Shown: positions 49,683 through 62,100 of the stretch, in pieces
Layout of the letters: every line of letters starts with the position of its first letter
Numbering within the stretch: position 1 is the first letter of the stretch
Assembly: GCA_026025075.1 (NCBI GenBank)
Contig: JAPEUI010000001.1
Coordinates: 124,001 to 188,000, forward strand
Reading direction: 5' to 3'
DNA: 64,000 bases
Source of the DNA: Vezdaea acicularis
Taxonomy: Eukaryota
Translations under genes and position numbers: made by a program
Notes under the pieces: model-generated
Databases searched by the model: none
Seen by the model: only the letters and a program-made list of their open reading frames with translations
Told to the model about the DNA's origin: nothing

Positions 49683-50378
49683 ATGTTCGCCTTCCTTACG
49701 ACTCCAGTGCCCCGTACGCCAATCGCTCACCTCAAGTCAATTCCATTCGAAAATGGCCGTTCTCACATGGAATTCCATACCACACCAAACGGCCCATATC
49801 CTGCCCCACCGGCCTCTCTAATGACGCTCACGCTTCCTCCTCGCGCTAGCGAGGCCGAAGTGAAGTCCGGCAAAGCCTACTCAGAAGATAATAATATCAT
49901 GCCACCGCCATATCACTACCACCCGGTGTACCCCGAGACGTTCACCGTCTCGCGCGGCAGTTTGAAAGTGATCATCGATGGGTCCCCTCACGTGGTAAAC
50001 GCTCCCGACAAAATCTTGGTCCCCCGCTACGCCTCGCACCGTTTCATGAACGCTTCGTTCGAGGAACCACTGGTTGTCGGGGTCCGTTTCGAAGATAGCG
50101 AACAACAGAAGGGCGAGGAGCGCTTTTTCAGGAATGTGTATGGGTACTTGGGTGATTGTGAGAAGATGGGGCCGGGTGGGAAGGGCGGGCAGCCGAACAT
50201 TGCGCAACTATTGCTATTTTGCGTGTACAGCGGCACGGTATTGGCGTTTCCAGGACCGCGATGGATTGGGCAGCCGTTGGGACGGGCGTTTCAGTTTATT
50301 GTTGGAAAGGTGATTGGGGAATGGTTGCTTGGATTTAAGAGTAGCTATCCGGAATACTATAAGGAGGAGACTGAGTAG
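49683..50378 (+). CDS. Cupin-domain protein
   Basis: Cupin motif 1 PPYHYHPVYPETFTVSRG and motif 2 VPRYASHRFMN, then ERFFRNVYGYL...GFKSSYPEYY. Single exon. Confidence 0.88.
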   Translation: MFAFLTTPVPRTPIAHLKSIPFENGRSHMEFHTTPNGPYPAPPASLMTLTLPPRASEAEVKSGKAYSEDNNIMPPPYHYHPVYPETFTVSRGSLKVIIDGSPHVVNAPDKILVPRYASHRFMNASFEEPLVVGVRFEDSEQQKGEERFFRNVYGYLGDCEKMGPGGKGGQPNIAQLLLFCVYSGTVLAFPGPRWIGQPLGRAFQFIVGKVIGEWLLGFKSSYPEYYKEETE

Positions 50379-50971
50379 AGGGGGTAAGGATTGAGCTTCA
50401 ACGGGAGGTCTGGCTACTTGGGAGTGTGGAGGCTGACTTTAATGTGGAAGGGTTTTCTGAATATCCAGCTATAGTCAGGAGCGAGAGCATTGATAGTTAT
50501 GAGGAAACCTCGATATGTGGAATTTTCATCTATTTTTGACTAATAGCGCGAGGCGATTACATTTCCAGATCAATCATAAGGACTGTTCTATCCATGAAAA
50601 GCCAAATATGATCCGCAATGCCTATGCGAACGGCGTATCGCGATCATACGCATTAGGAGGAAATCTATGATTACAGGAAGAGGAAGGAAATGCGCAGGCC
50701 CAAGTGAAGGGCAGAAGGAAGTCTAGAGCAGTACCGGCAAGCGTGAATCTACCAGCGTTGCGTCCCAAGCTTTCCATTCCATTGTGAATGTCCCTTGGAA
50801 AAGCCGAGCAAAAGATAACTTTTTCTCCTTTATGCCGTGAAAGCAAGTTTGTGCAACCATATCTTATGAGGAACTAGCAGCAAGGTATGCCGGAAAAACC
50901 CGGGTCCGTAACAGATCAAAAGAAAGGGCATAGAAAAAGTAGACCTACTTCTAAGAGCGCCACGCCGGCAT

Positions 50972-53579
50972 CTAGGCTTTCTCAAGGGTTGTCTCGGATT
51001 CTTTGGATGGCTCTTCAGAGGAGCCGGCACCTTCACCCGGAGCGTCATCTCCCTTCTTCTTCACATACTCATCGTAAACCGTAAGAGCTTCATCAACCTT
51101 GGCACGAAGAGCAGCATCGTCATCAAGACTAAATATCTGTCAGTATAAAGCTCACGGAATGGAAAAGTAATAATGAGATCTTACAGGTGCAAGAGTTCCA
51201 TGTTGTCCATCTCGAGGAGCATACCAGTAATCTTACCAGCCAGGGAAGGTTGCTGAACAGCAATCTTAGGATACAAAGCCTCGCCGAGTAGTTGTTTTTG
51301 TGACTGTTGAGGAGCCGCCGCTAGGTCTTGGGCAGTGAGTGAGAGACTTCCGTCAGCGCCAGGGGCTTGGCCGACGCTGGGCTGAGGAGTCATCTGCGGT
51401 GGTATTTGGCTCCGACCTGGTTGAGGGAACCCAGCCATGGGCCCTGGACGCATAGGCAAGCCTCCACGGCCACTCTGTTGAGTGAAGTTCGCTCCGCCCG
51501 GTCCGCCACGACCACTTTGTATTCCAGCCATGTTGGGAGGCATACCTTGCAAAGGCATTTGTCCTCTCACACCACCACCACGTCCAGCAGCGTTAGTGGC
51601 AGCAGCCTGAGCTTGTGCCATGGCTTGAGCGTACAGACGTTGGTCAAAACCACCAGCACCTTGCGGCATGACCCCAGGAGGCATATTCCCCTGTCCAGGC
51701 ATTCCATACATCTGTGGTGGAATCTGCTGTCCCGGTATTGGTCCTCCACGACCGGCAAGACCACCTTGCTGAGGCCCGAATGCACCTGGAAACCCGCCGG
51801 GCCGGCCACCTTGGGCACCTGGAAGAGCCACACCTCCAGGCTGAGCAAAAGGCGCTGCACCACGTCCACCTGGCGGGATGAACTGTTGTTGTTGTTGGCC
51901 CGGACCAAAGTACATAGGCGCCTGCATGAACTTTATGATAATTCAGTATTAATTCGTATGATGAGCAGCATACCTAAGGAGCTCACCTGTGGAGGCATAC
52001 CAGCCACAGCGGCAGCTTGCTGGAGCCTGATTTGGTTTCTTTGCTGAATGCTGGCTTCCAACTAATTGAATGTCTTAGAAAAGCTGCGCTCTTTGAACAT
52101 TACGAATGGAAAACATACCTGGTTCTTACGAACGTCCTTCTTCTGAGCGAGAGCAACATAAAGTGGCTTGCCATTGACCATACGTTGGTTCATCTCTGTT
52201 ACTGCCTTCGTGGCCTCATCAGCATTGGTGAAGCATACGAAACCGAAGCCTTTGCTTTTGGGGAGGAGCTTTTTCTCCGGCTTAGCTGAGTCCTTGTCTT
52301 CGCTAGCCTCATCTTTAGCCGCGTCTTTCTCCCCTTCCTTTTCTGCGGCCTTGATGTTCTCCTTCTTATCCTTGGGCTTATCCGTGGAGTCACTCTCGTC
52401 ACTAGGAGCATCACGCATTACTTTTGCAGAGCTAATAGTACCATAGCTAGCAAATAGCTCGCGGAGCTTCTCGTCGTCCATGTCGTCGTCCAGGTTCTTT
52501 ACGTATAGATTGATCCCTTGATACTTGGTGGCCTTCTCTGCACGGGCTGCTTCATGCTGCTTGCGAAGCTCTTCTTCACGTTCATGCTTCTTTTGGGCAC
52601 GGCCAACGTACAGGTTCTGCCCTTTGAAGTCCTTGTCATTTAGGGCTTCAACAGCTGCTGATGCATGCTCATGGTTGACGAAGTTGACGAAGCCAAACCC
52701 GCGACTCTTTCCATTGTCCGAGTTACGAGCAAGTGTGGCTGATGTGATCGGACCAAACCTCTCGAAAAGCTCACGTAATTCTTCATCAGTTACCTCAGTC
52801 TCGACATTTTTGACGTAAACATTCGTGAAGTTTGCCTTCATCTCCTCGAACTTGCTTTGTCGGTCTTTCTTCGGGATATGATGACCAACATAGACTTTCT
52901 TTTCATTCAACAACATACCATTGACATGTCTTATAGCATTTGTGGCGGCTTCTGCGGTTTCATAGTGAACGAATCCATAGCCCTTGGAGTTTCCAAACTC
53001 ATCCTGAGCAACCTTGCAGCTGAGAATGTTGCCGAACGCAATGAAAGTGTCGTGAAGTGCCTTGTTGTCAATCGCAGTATCGAGATTCTTGATGAAGACG
53101 TTGCCTTGGCCAGTCTTGCGGAGAGCGGGATCACGCTGAGACCACATGATTCGGCAAGGAAGACCCTTAATGAGGGTGTAGTTGAGTTCCTCCAAAGCTC
53201 GCTCACCATCAGCCGTGTTGTTGTAGTTCACATATGCGTATCCAAGTGATTTTCGAGTAACTGCGTCTCTGCAGACACGGATAGAAGCGACTTGGCCAAT
53301 GGACGAGAAGAGTTCAAAGAGCATAGCCTCGGTGACAGAGGTGTCAAGTTCGCCGACGTACAAGGAAGCAGAGTGCCCTGGACCAGCCCCAGGCCCACCG
53401 GGGACCGCAGAGCTGGGCGTCTGTACAACGCTATCGGGATCTTGAGACCCTTCAAATTGGGCAACATTGGTGTTGATTACATTTCCATTTGAGCCCAAAC
53501 CGCCGGTAGTTGAGACATCAGTAGGTTCTGTGGGATTATTTGCCGAAGCAGCAGTAGCAGCAGTAGTTTCAGATGACAT
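50972..53579 (-). CDS. PAB1: Polyadenylate-binding protein (4 RRM + PABC/MLLE), 4 coding exons
   Basis: [44 protein letters not shown] domain [12 protein letters not shown]...[13 protein letters not shown]. Last exon [15 protein letters not shown]...LEKA stops at 50972. Confidence 0.97.
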
Positions 53580-54537
53580 GATTATCTTTAGTCAAGTGTG
53601 ATGGACTAGAGCAAGGACATGATTAGCTAGGTCAGACGACCGAAGGACTGATTTGCTAGTTAGGTGACCAAACGCTTCCGCGGTGGCTGCAGCAACAGGC
53701 AGAGGAAGAAGGAGAAACAGCTGTAAGTAATTTCGGGAGCGACGCACTGGTATTGTGGCAAAGAGCTTGTCTATGTGGTCGGGAAGTTTATGGTCGGAAG
53801 AAAGGTGAGTCGGACAGACGCAGCAGAGAGGCTTAAAGCAAGTGCCCTGACTCGTTCCTATCTGATAGACTCCCTTGATAAATACTGAAAGCTTCAGTAG
53901 AAGCCTAGATACTTCGATGGGAGAGGCGAATCGTAAGAGAGATGGTGTGGAGGTAGTTGCGCTGAGAAAATTGGGCAGAGTCGGCGGTTTGCAGAAGTGT
54001 ACGCAGCGACGGATTTTCTGATTTTCAAATTTTTTTGACAGAGGTTACGAGAATTTTCTGGAGGGGTAGAGGCAAGACGAGACCAACACGTGAAGTCGAC
54101 GCTGTGCCAACTCTATAGGTAGGTCGAAGGGTGTTATAAAGTTGTTGAAGAGCAGCTGCCTTAGGTGAATGGCTTTCTTCAGCGGCGGATTTTTTGAAGG
54201 TGCGACCGAAACTAGACTAGCGCGTACCGAAAGTTCACAAGCCCAAAGCTTCGCCTGGACCTGTCAACATGTGGTGCACATTTCAGAAGGCGACCTTCCC
54301 GGGCAAGGATTGGTAATAAGATTTAGAGCACCCAGCAGCCATCCCAACGGTCATTTGTTAGGATCAAGGGTAGTTTAATGAACGAATAACCATGACTAAC
54401 AAATACCTAATATATCTACAAAATATACAAGACGCTCATTCAATCACCCAATTATGATATACGAGATGACCTCTCTTCCGCCAAAAAAATAGAACAAGAC
54501 CCTTTAGACAGGTATTGTCTATCGCAGAGCCATAAAC

Positions 54538-56684
54538 CTAGAGTTTGGCCTTCGGGGGCTCCAAAGTAGGCAACAATAGGTCACGAATGTCGCAAGCTGC
54601 TTCGTTAAGGAAATGGCTCATACGTTCGCTTCCTAGGCCTTTGCTGACGACATTGAATTGAATGCTGCCAGCAATCAGTGGGGCACTAAGGTAAACGGTG
54701 TTGCATAAGGGTAGACTTACCTATTCTCATTGATCATATATGCAATCCCGAAGCCTTCATCGATGACTTGACTCCATCCGTATCCATTGAAGTATTCAGA
54801 CGATAGTTGACTGGTACTAAGGTACCAGCTGCTTGTATAAGCATACGCTGGATCCTTGTAGAGGGAGGGGAGCTCTTCGCCAGGGCTCAAAAGCTTCTTC
54901 AATCCAAATAGATGTCGGTCCACACCTTTGCCATCCGATGCATCTGAAATATACTTGACGTGGCTGCTAAGGGCTTTGCGGAAAAGCTCTGTGCAGATTT
55001 TCTCGTCGATATTTGGATCAGCCATCGCGTCACAAAAGGCGACGCTTTCGTCAGATACTGATCGACAGGTCTCGGTTCTACCTTGCTGGAAACGTCGCGT
55101 TGCAGCTGACTCGTAGGTTGGCCGGTTTTTGCCGTACATCTTATGGTAGGCAAGCTGTATGATCATTTGGACGTAGGCGTCTGGCGAGCATTTGAACTTC
55201 TTGATGAGGCCCTTGCCGTACCCCTGGAACGCTTGCACTTTTAGCTCGTGTGCGCCAAATTGTTCAGCAAAGTCCTTTGTTGCACGAGAGATCTCGTCCT
55301 GCACCTCTTTTGAGATATTAAACTTGATAGGCTGAGGATCTGGCAGGTTGGACCGTGTACTTGGATTACCAAAATCTAGCTTGTTGTTAAAAATCATCAT
55401 GTTCGCGTAGTCATTAAGTCGGTGTGTTGGTGTGCCGTCCATCATGGAATGCTCTCCCATGAAGCCCGATGTACCGTTGTCGTTGACGATGAATTGGAGA
55501 GGCTTGTCAAACCATCTATTCGATCCGTCTCCATGCCAACATTGATGGGCTCGTTCTTCTAAAGTGACTGGGGTCGCATCGTCTAGACAAATGATGAATG
55601 AAGACGATTCAATTGTCTCGAGTGCTTTTTTGTTGGCAGAGTTAGCACTTATGAGCTTTTTCCTGGCCTTTATCTCGTTAACAATGTACTTTCAAATGAA
55701 TGGGAACGAGTCGCAAACCTCCGTCCAAACATCCCTGTTTTCCGTAGTCAGTATTCCCACGGCGGGTGCCCTTTCGGCTTTCTCAAGGATATGCTTGAAT
55801 TGCTGCTCTAGTTCCGACGTATTTAACTGCTGACCACCGACTTCATGCATGACCTTGAAGAATTGATTCTTCCGAATGACCACAATATGCCTATTTGTCT
55901 CTGCTGGATACTTGACTGGATGATCTGCAGGTTTTGAAGGTATGCGGCAAGCATTGAACATCCATTGGTAGCTCTCCATGGAGATAGGCAACTTCTTCAT
56001 GTATTCTGGCTCAAGTGTTCCCGCGTCTACCTGCTTCTTGAACTCAAGAACCGCGGTAGATAGTGCTGCTGCACGCTTCGCAGGGGCTCTCCGGCGCCGA
56101 TCATCTCGATGAGAGTAGAAGTAACTAACATATGGAACGACAGGGTCACGATAGCTTAGGTATGCGGTATCATTCCACCACTCGTAAAGCCAATTCTTGT
56201 GCTTTGGGTCCTCACGCCTGGCTATTAATCGTTCCTGCAGCTTTTCGCCTGCGCCGCCAGGCTTGATAAACTCGGCAACCGCCCTTTGCGTATTCTCGAA
56301 TTCTGGATTGCTCAGAAGAGGGTGCACAGATTTGATATACCGATCCGCCGTCTCCTGTAGCGTAGGCACGGGTAATCGAGGTAAGGAGTCCTCGAACCTC
56401 AGCATTGGGCCTTTCGTATTATCCTCCCTATAGCCTAAGAAACCATCGTCTGTCAATGAACGAAGCCGTGTACGGGATGGGAACAAAGCGCGAGCATACC
56501 GGCTGGAAGCCCCGATGAGTTTGCCCTTCTAGGATTGATGGGCGCCATGATAGTAAGCTGTTACAGTTATGAGTATAACGGAAAGCAAGTTTAACGCAGT
56601 CCGCACCTTTGGTCTCAACGTTGGGCTTGGTCTTGTCCGAAGAAAGGACGACAGTGCACGCCTCCGAACGAGCGCGTTAAACAT
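54538..56684 (-). CDS. CAT2: Carnitine O-acetyltransferase, mitochondrial/peroxisomal (Cat2/AcuJ type), 5 exons
   Basis: LPRLPVPTL, NRWFDKPLQF, GEHSMMDG, TYESAATRRFQQGRTE, LSTSQL. N-terminal presequence MFNALVRRRALSSFLRTRP and C-terminal AKL PTS1. Confidence 0.95.
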
Positions 56685-56841
56685 CACCGGGTTCGTTTTC
56701 ACGGAAGAGCTGTGAAGGGAGTTACGGGGAGGATTGGCGCTATAACATAGGATAGCGTTAGAGAGCCACCAGACTATAAAAGGTTCGTAGAGACCCTTGG
56801 TTGTGCTGTTTCTGGCGCTTCTGGAGGGTTGTCCCGAGTTG

Positions 56842-57037
56842 CCGAGGTTGCGGGGACAAGCTTATGGCATTCCCGCCCTAGCAATTCACATTCCGCCGCA
56901 CTGTGGTCCAGGGATTTCAATGCGAGAACAAATCATATATTATGCTGCTGGGGGGAATGGCATGTGAATTCAGCTCGGCTTGGATCGTAAGCAATTAAGC
57001 TTCGAACGTTGACCTCGTGAGACCATTGTATCCTCGG
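56842..57037. promoter_or_regulatory. Two CCTCGG/CCGAGG motifs (FarA/FarB-type fatty-acid response element) upstream of the carnitine acetyltransferase
   Basis: CCGAGG at 56842-56847 and CCTCGG at 57032-57037. The motif is known from Aspergillus nidulans fatty-acid genes, but a 6-mer also occurs often by chance. Confidence 0.45.
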
Positions 57038-57267
57038 TCGTCCGGACTAGCAGTTCTTTTCGTTGCATATGACGCGCTTCGCCTCCGACGTCAGGCACAT
57101 ACTGCATCCCTTACCCGCTGGTTGCACGTGGTGCAGTGCCGAACTATCAAGCCTCGAGCTGCCAAGTAGTATGCTCTAAACCTATTGTGACCATTGGTCC
57201 TAAATAATAAAGATACATATATAATACATGTTAACTTGAACATCTTGAAGTGTACGATGCGCTAAAA

Positions 57268-58687
57268 TCAGATTTTCAATCTCCTGAAAGTCGAAGCCAT
57301 CAGCCCGTTCTTCCCAAAGACCCACCAACTGCTTCTATGCCGTCCGGTATACCAGGATATGAATACGACAAATGCGGCTAGTCCCGCAGCTCCCACAGGT
57401 CTTCGATACTTCCATATTACTGCTGCTATATTGCGTCGGAGCTCGATTCTACGAAGCTGAGTAGCTTGTTTGTTGTAGAGACTCTTCCCATCATCAAGTG
57501 TTTGTGATGAGACCTCTTCAATGTTGCTGGCTGTCTTGAGAACGCTATAGGTCGAGATCTGCTTCCAAGGTCCCAAGGATGATGGAGGATGTCTATAGTA
57601 TAATTCTACCGTTTCCTGTATCAATTTCTCAATATCTAAAGGCTGTGGGAGCTTGCATAGGACTGAATGAAGCATCTCTGGTTCGTCAGGCGGTATCTCA
57701 AAGAGAGCATCCTTTTGCAGGATAACGATCTTCAAAGCCTGTTTAGCAGAAACATTCTAAAAGGTGGAGAGCAGACGTTTACATTAGCAAATAAGTATAC
57801 AGAGAACACAGCTTCTCGAGCTAAAAGAACGTCGAATAATCTTGCAATATCAGAATATTCCTGGATATCATGAGCGTAGAGAGTAAGTGTGGCAGCTAGA
57901 GCAAAGAAAGGTTGAGTCTTTGATAGATGAGCGCAGAGTTCTGGGCTCTCCGAATTTAGGATGGATGGCAGCAGTCGCAAATGTGCTAGCGCTGGTGCGA
58001 GCGAAGGTAGCATGAAGTCTCTAATTCGAAGTACGGACAGACGCGCAACGGCAGGCACTGAATTCTGAGGCCCAAGAACTAAAAGGAAGACCTGGCAAAT
58101 ATCATGATAGCCTTGGAAGTAGTTTAAGAAGGGCTGCTCCCGCAGGACTTGGGTTATGACATCTGATAGCTCCGTTTTCCGTCGTTCTAGTTCTTGGGCC
58201 GTTTGGTCTATCAAGTAACAGAGTAAGCATAAAGCTCTTTATAAAAGCCTATGTAAGACTTACGACTTGGGTAATATATGAAGGAGCGCGCTACATCTAG
58301 TCTGACCTGGTCTTCATCGTGATGTCGGGGTAAGAAACGCCAGTCGAGCCCTTCATTTCCTCCATCGACAGTAGCATCTTTGTTGTCAATACCTAGAAGT
58401 ATAGGCCCTGTTCCGAGTATTGCTTAGCATCGTGAGCAAGGTCCTTGAGCCGGACAAAGCTTACAAGCAATTTTCCGAACATCATCCTGGACTAGACCAT
58501 ACTTACTCGTGGCAAGCTTTACTAAGGAGCGTAGGTCTTTGCCTCCGCAGGCCTTGAGTATGAGCTTGACCTTTACTTCTTGAGCTTCAGAAAATTGGAA
58601 GATCTTTGAATTTGCTCTGAGAGGAAGAGAGCTCGATGAGTTCGACCGTGGAGCCTCAGTATTGTTTGGTGGGGATTGTTGCGACAT
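57268..58687 (-). CDS. GYP8: TBC-domain Rab GTPase-activating protein (Gyp8/TBC1D20-like), 4 exons
   Basis: GLVQDDVRKIAWPILLG, DEDQVRLDVARSF (Arg finger), YFQGYHDICQV (Gln finger), PFFALAATLTLYAH, and a C-terminal TM segment. Confidence 0.88.
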
Positions 58688-59186
58688 TGCAGGTCACACT
58701 GTATGTGCAGTTAGCCGATAGGGTTTCGCCCAAATCCTGAGTAGCGCATAATCATATGGATTAAAACGCAAGGATCTAGATTCTTATTACATAACTTGCA
58801 TGATGCATTTATAACTGTAGATATTTCACGTTCTACATAACAACGAGAGCGATTGCCGAGTTCCCCAGAATCTGCAACTCCACGCCCCGAAATTCTTCGC
58901 ATAATTCATTGTGGACGTAGCGAAGAATGCAGCGAATGTTTAAAACATTGACTTTACCTAATTTTTCAAGGTTAAGCCGTCACCGCATTTGTAAGACAAC
59001 CTTGACACTTCAGATTTACGCCGGCTCCAAGTTTGACGTTTGATTCGCTCAATCTAGTCCGCGTGAGTAATGCCCAGGCAATTGGCGACTTCTCAAACCT
59101 AGTAATGATCTTCATAGCTCACTGAAATTAAGGACGCCTAGGAGGGCGTGATGGTATAATGTGCGGGTCTAATAGAGTGTGCCAAG

Positions 59187-62100
59187 TTAAAGGACCGGAT
59201 AGGAGGGCAAGTTAGACGATCGCTTCATGCGCCGCAGTCTCCTTGTCTCATCTGTTCTACCAAAGTTTTCGATCTCGGCGGTACCCTTTCGTGGAATTTC
59301 GTCCTGAATATAGATGGACGATATGGATATAGGTGGGTTCCTACCAATGCTGTAAAATGATGAACGACGACTTGAAGAGGCTTGACTCGAGGCAGCTAGA
59401 TGCGAGGGAGCTGCTCTTGTAGAAGCAACATCATCAGCACGAATGCCTTCTTGTGTAAAATCGCCGGCATGACCGTCTTCGCTGGCTCGATTGTGAGCAT
59501 CTCGATATGGCACTTTTGTCGAGCTTGTGTTTGTAAGACCATCACCGAAGATGAAAGCACCAGAGTCAGGAAATGCCGGTAGTTGATGTGGGGTTTTCCC
59601 TGCGGACACCACTTTTTGCAAATTATTGGAGTATTTCCATACTCGATTGTCGAGGAGATGACTAGAGCTTCGGCCGACGCGCTCTGAGAGTGCTTTAAGA
59701 CAAGTCGCTGTTGCACACAGGAGATGGTTGTTCTCTGGCATACGGAGCCAGCCACTAACGCTATCCTCTGACACTCGACATATAGCATCTCCAATTCCGC
59801 GGCATACCAACACTCTTTCTACAATGCCTGTAAGCTCGGGCCAACCACCTGTGTTGCATACGTCGGTCCATTTAAGTCGAATACCCGAATCTCTCATTGC
59901 GATATCCATGAGTTCATAAGCAAGCAATTTGTACTGATCACCTATCAATTGCTTCTCAGCACGCGTTTGCTTGCAAGCGGATAGAGAGGTCCAAATCTCT
60001 CGAACAATACTCTCAAGCCTTAAGGGTTTCGAAGGAGCTATGGTGTCTTGGGCAAGATTTCGGTGTTCAGATAAGACTTTATATGCAGCATTTCCGGAGT
60101 CCCAATGACGTGAAGCGAACGGAATCGCCATGGGAATTTGATCAGCTCGAATCCGAAGATGAATCATGTGCAAAATAAGACATATAGCGGGAACAAGCCA
60201 TGCGCTTTTCGTATCTACATCGTATACAATATATGGTGTACGTCGGGCTTGAAGCAAAATCGATTCGTAGTGGCGCGAATCTTCTCCGCTTGGTTCAATT
60301 CTGGTTTGTGAGACATGCCAAGTGACAGTGCTTAGGAAGCTGAATATTCCCAATCCGGAGGTCCCAGCAGTGCTCCCAAAACTCTGCACATCAATGCTTT
60401 TGGACTTTTCGTGCAGCCCGGTACGCTGCGTATTGAAAGTAGCGTCTTTAGTGCCCAGTCTAACATACGCTTGTTCACACCATCCCACAAAATGTCTTCT
60501 CCTGTTAATATTTTCTAGGATATGCTTGATATCTATGTCTGTCGGCCCAAATTCGTTAGTTGAAAGCACGGAGATTTCTGGCAGATCTTGTCGCGAAATG
60601 ATACCATTCTGAGGGCCTCGGATCAAATGCCATTGTATAGATTCTTCGCCAAACTTTTGCGTAGGTATCAAAGCGGTTGTGAGACCCATGAAGTAGTACT
60701 GTCCCCCAATTTCAAATGCGGTAGAAATCCCCGATAGGCCCATCATGACGGCTAGGGGTACCTCGAGACCTTTCTCCCCCTTCCTTGGAGGAACTGAGAA
60801 ACCGTCTGCAATTACGCTCCGTGGAAGTAAAGTATGCCAACAGGTCCCATTCTGGACTTCCGTGGGTTGTAGATCCGCGAGCGCAACCAAAATCCTGGGA
60901 TGAGAGCCCGAGAAATCTTTGCCAAGTAAAGCTCGGGATATTGAAGGTTGTTCGAAAGATGAAACCCTTAGAGCCGCACATAGCCATAACAATATTTCCG
61001 TGAAGTCAAGAATGAATTTGTGTTGAGCATAAAAACAAATTGTTGCAACAACTTCGTTTGAACCACTCCGATTCATCTTCTGAGTAATAGAAAATCCAAG
61101 CTGGTCTGTAAAGGCTAGAGAGTGATGATCAGAATACACACACACACACACATATATACAATCTTTGAGAAACATAAGCATAAGACTTACTAGATGCATG
61201 CAGGCTCTTGCCGGCCACAATGCTATCAATTGCATTGAGGATGGTGTGCCCGACTCCGGGCAAGATTTGGTCCGCGTAGGAAGCACAATCTATCGCTAGT
61301 AGTTCATATTCGTTCCCAATCAACACCAAAACAGAGCCTAACTGCTGACCATCAGAACATTCTTGAGATCTGAAATTGGGAACATCCCAAAATAGTGTAA
61401 ACTCAACCAACTCAGAATCGGAAGCTGAAAATTGATGAAGCGCTTCTAACACTTCATTACGAGCGGCCGTCAGAGTAATCATATCATGCAAACGAACATC
61501 TGAGCGCTTGTCAAGCTGTTCTTGATGGCTATTTACAACTTCTTGCCATTTGGTAGAGGTACGTAACGCCGACAAATCATTTCGTTCATCAAGCTTATCA
61601 GTCAGACCTTCCAAAAGTACAGAAGATGTGAATTCATGGTCGCTCATTAGGCGTCGATGGTTTCTTAGAATGGTTAGTTTCATCGAGACTGCCTCCTCAA
61701 GCTTTCCTTGCAGGATAGACACATTTGCCAAATTATCCATTGCTTTCAGTGTTGGCAGGTGTTCTGGTCCAAGTATTTTTTCCTGTGAGGTTAAAGCTTT
61801 GCGGTACAAGGTCTCGGCCTCATCCAGCTTGCCCTGGTTGCTATATAAGTTGGCCAAACTATTGATGGTGCTAAGAGTGGACTGGTGCTCTGGCCCGAGG
61901 GCCTTTTCTTTTCCCTCTAATACTCTGCTGTACAAGGTCTCGGCCTCATCCAGCTTGCCCTGGTTGCTATATAAATTGGCTAGATTGCTGATGATGTCGA
62001 GGGTTGACAGATGCTCAGGCCCCAGGGCTTTCTCCTTTCCCTTCAATGCCCTGTTGTACAAAGCTTCAGCATCGTCTAGCTTGCCCTGATCACTGTATAA

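Noticed and set aside
59187..61286. Independent 699-aa gene overlapping the TPR gene
   Set aside because: Its first ~57 codons overlap the upstream exon and a microsatellite-containing intron with consensus splice signals, so a single spliced gene is the simpler explanation.
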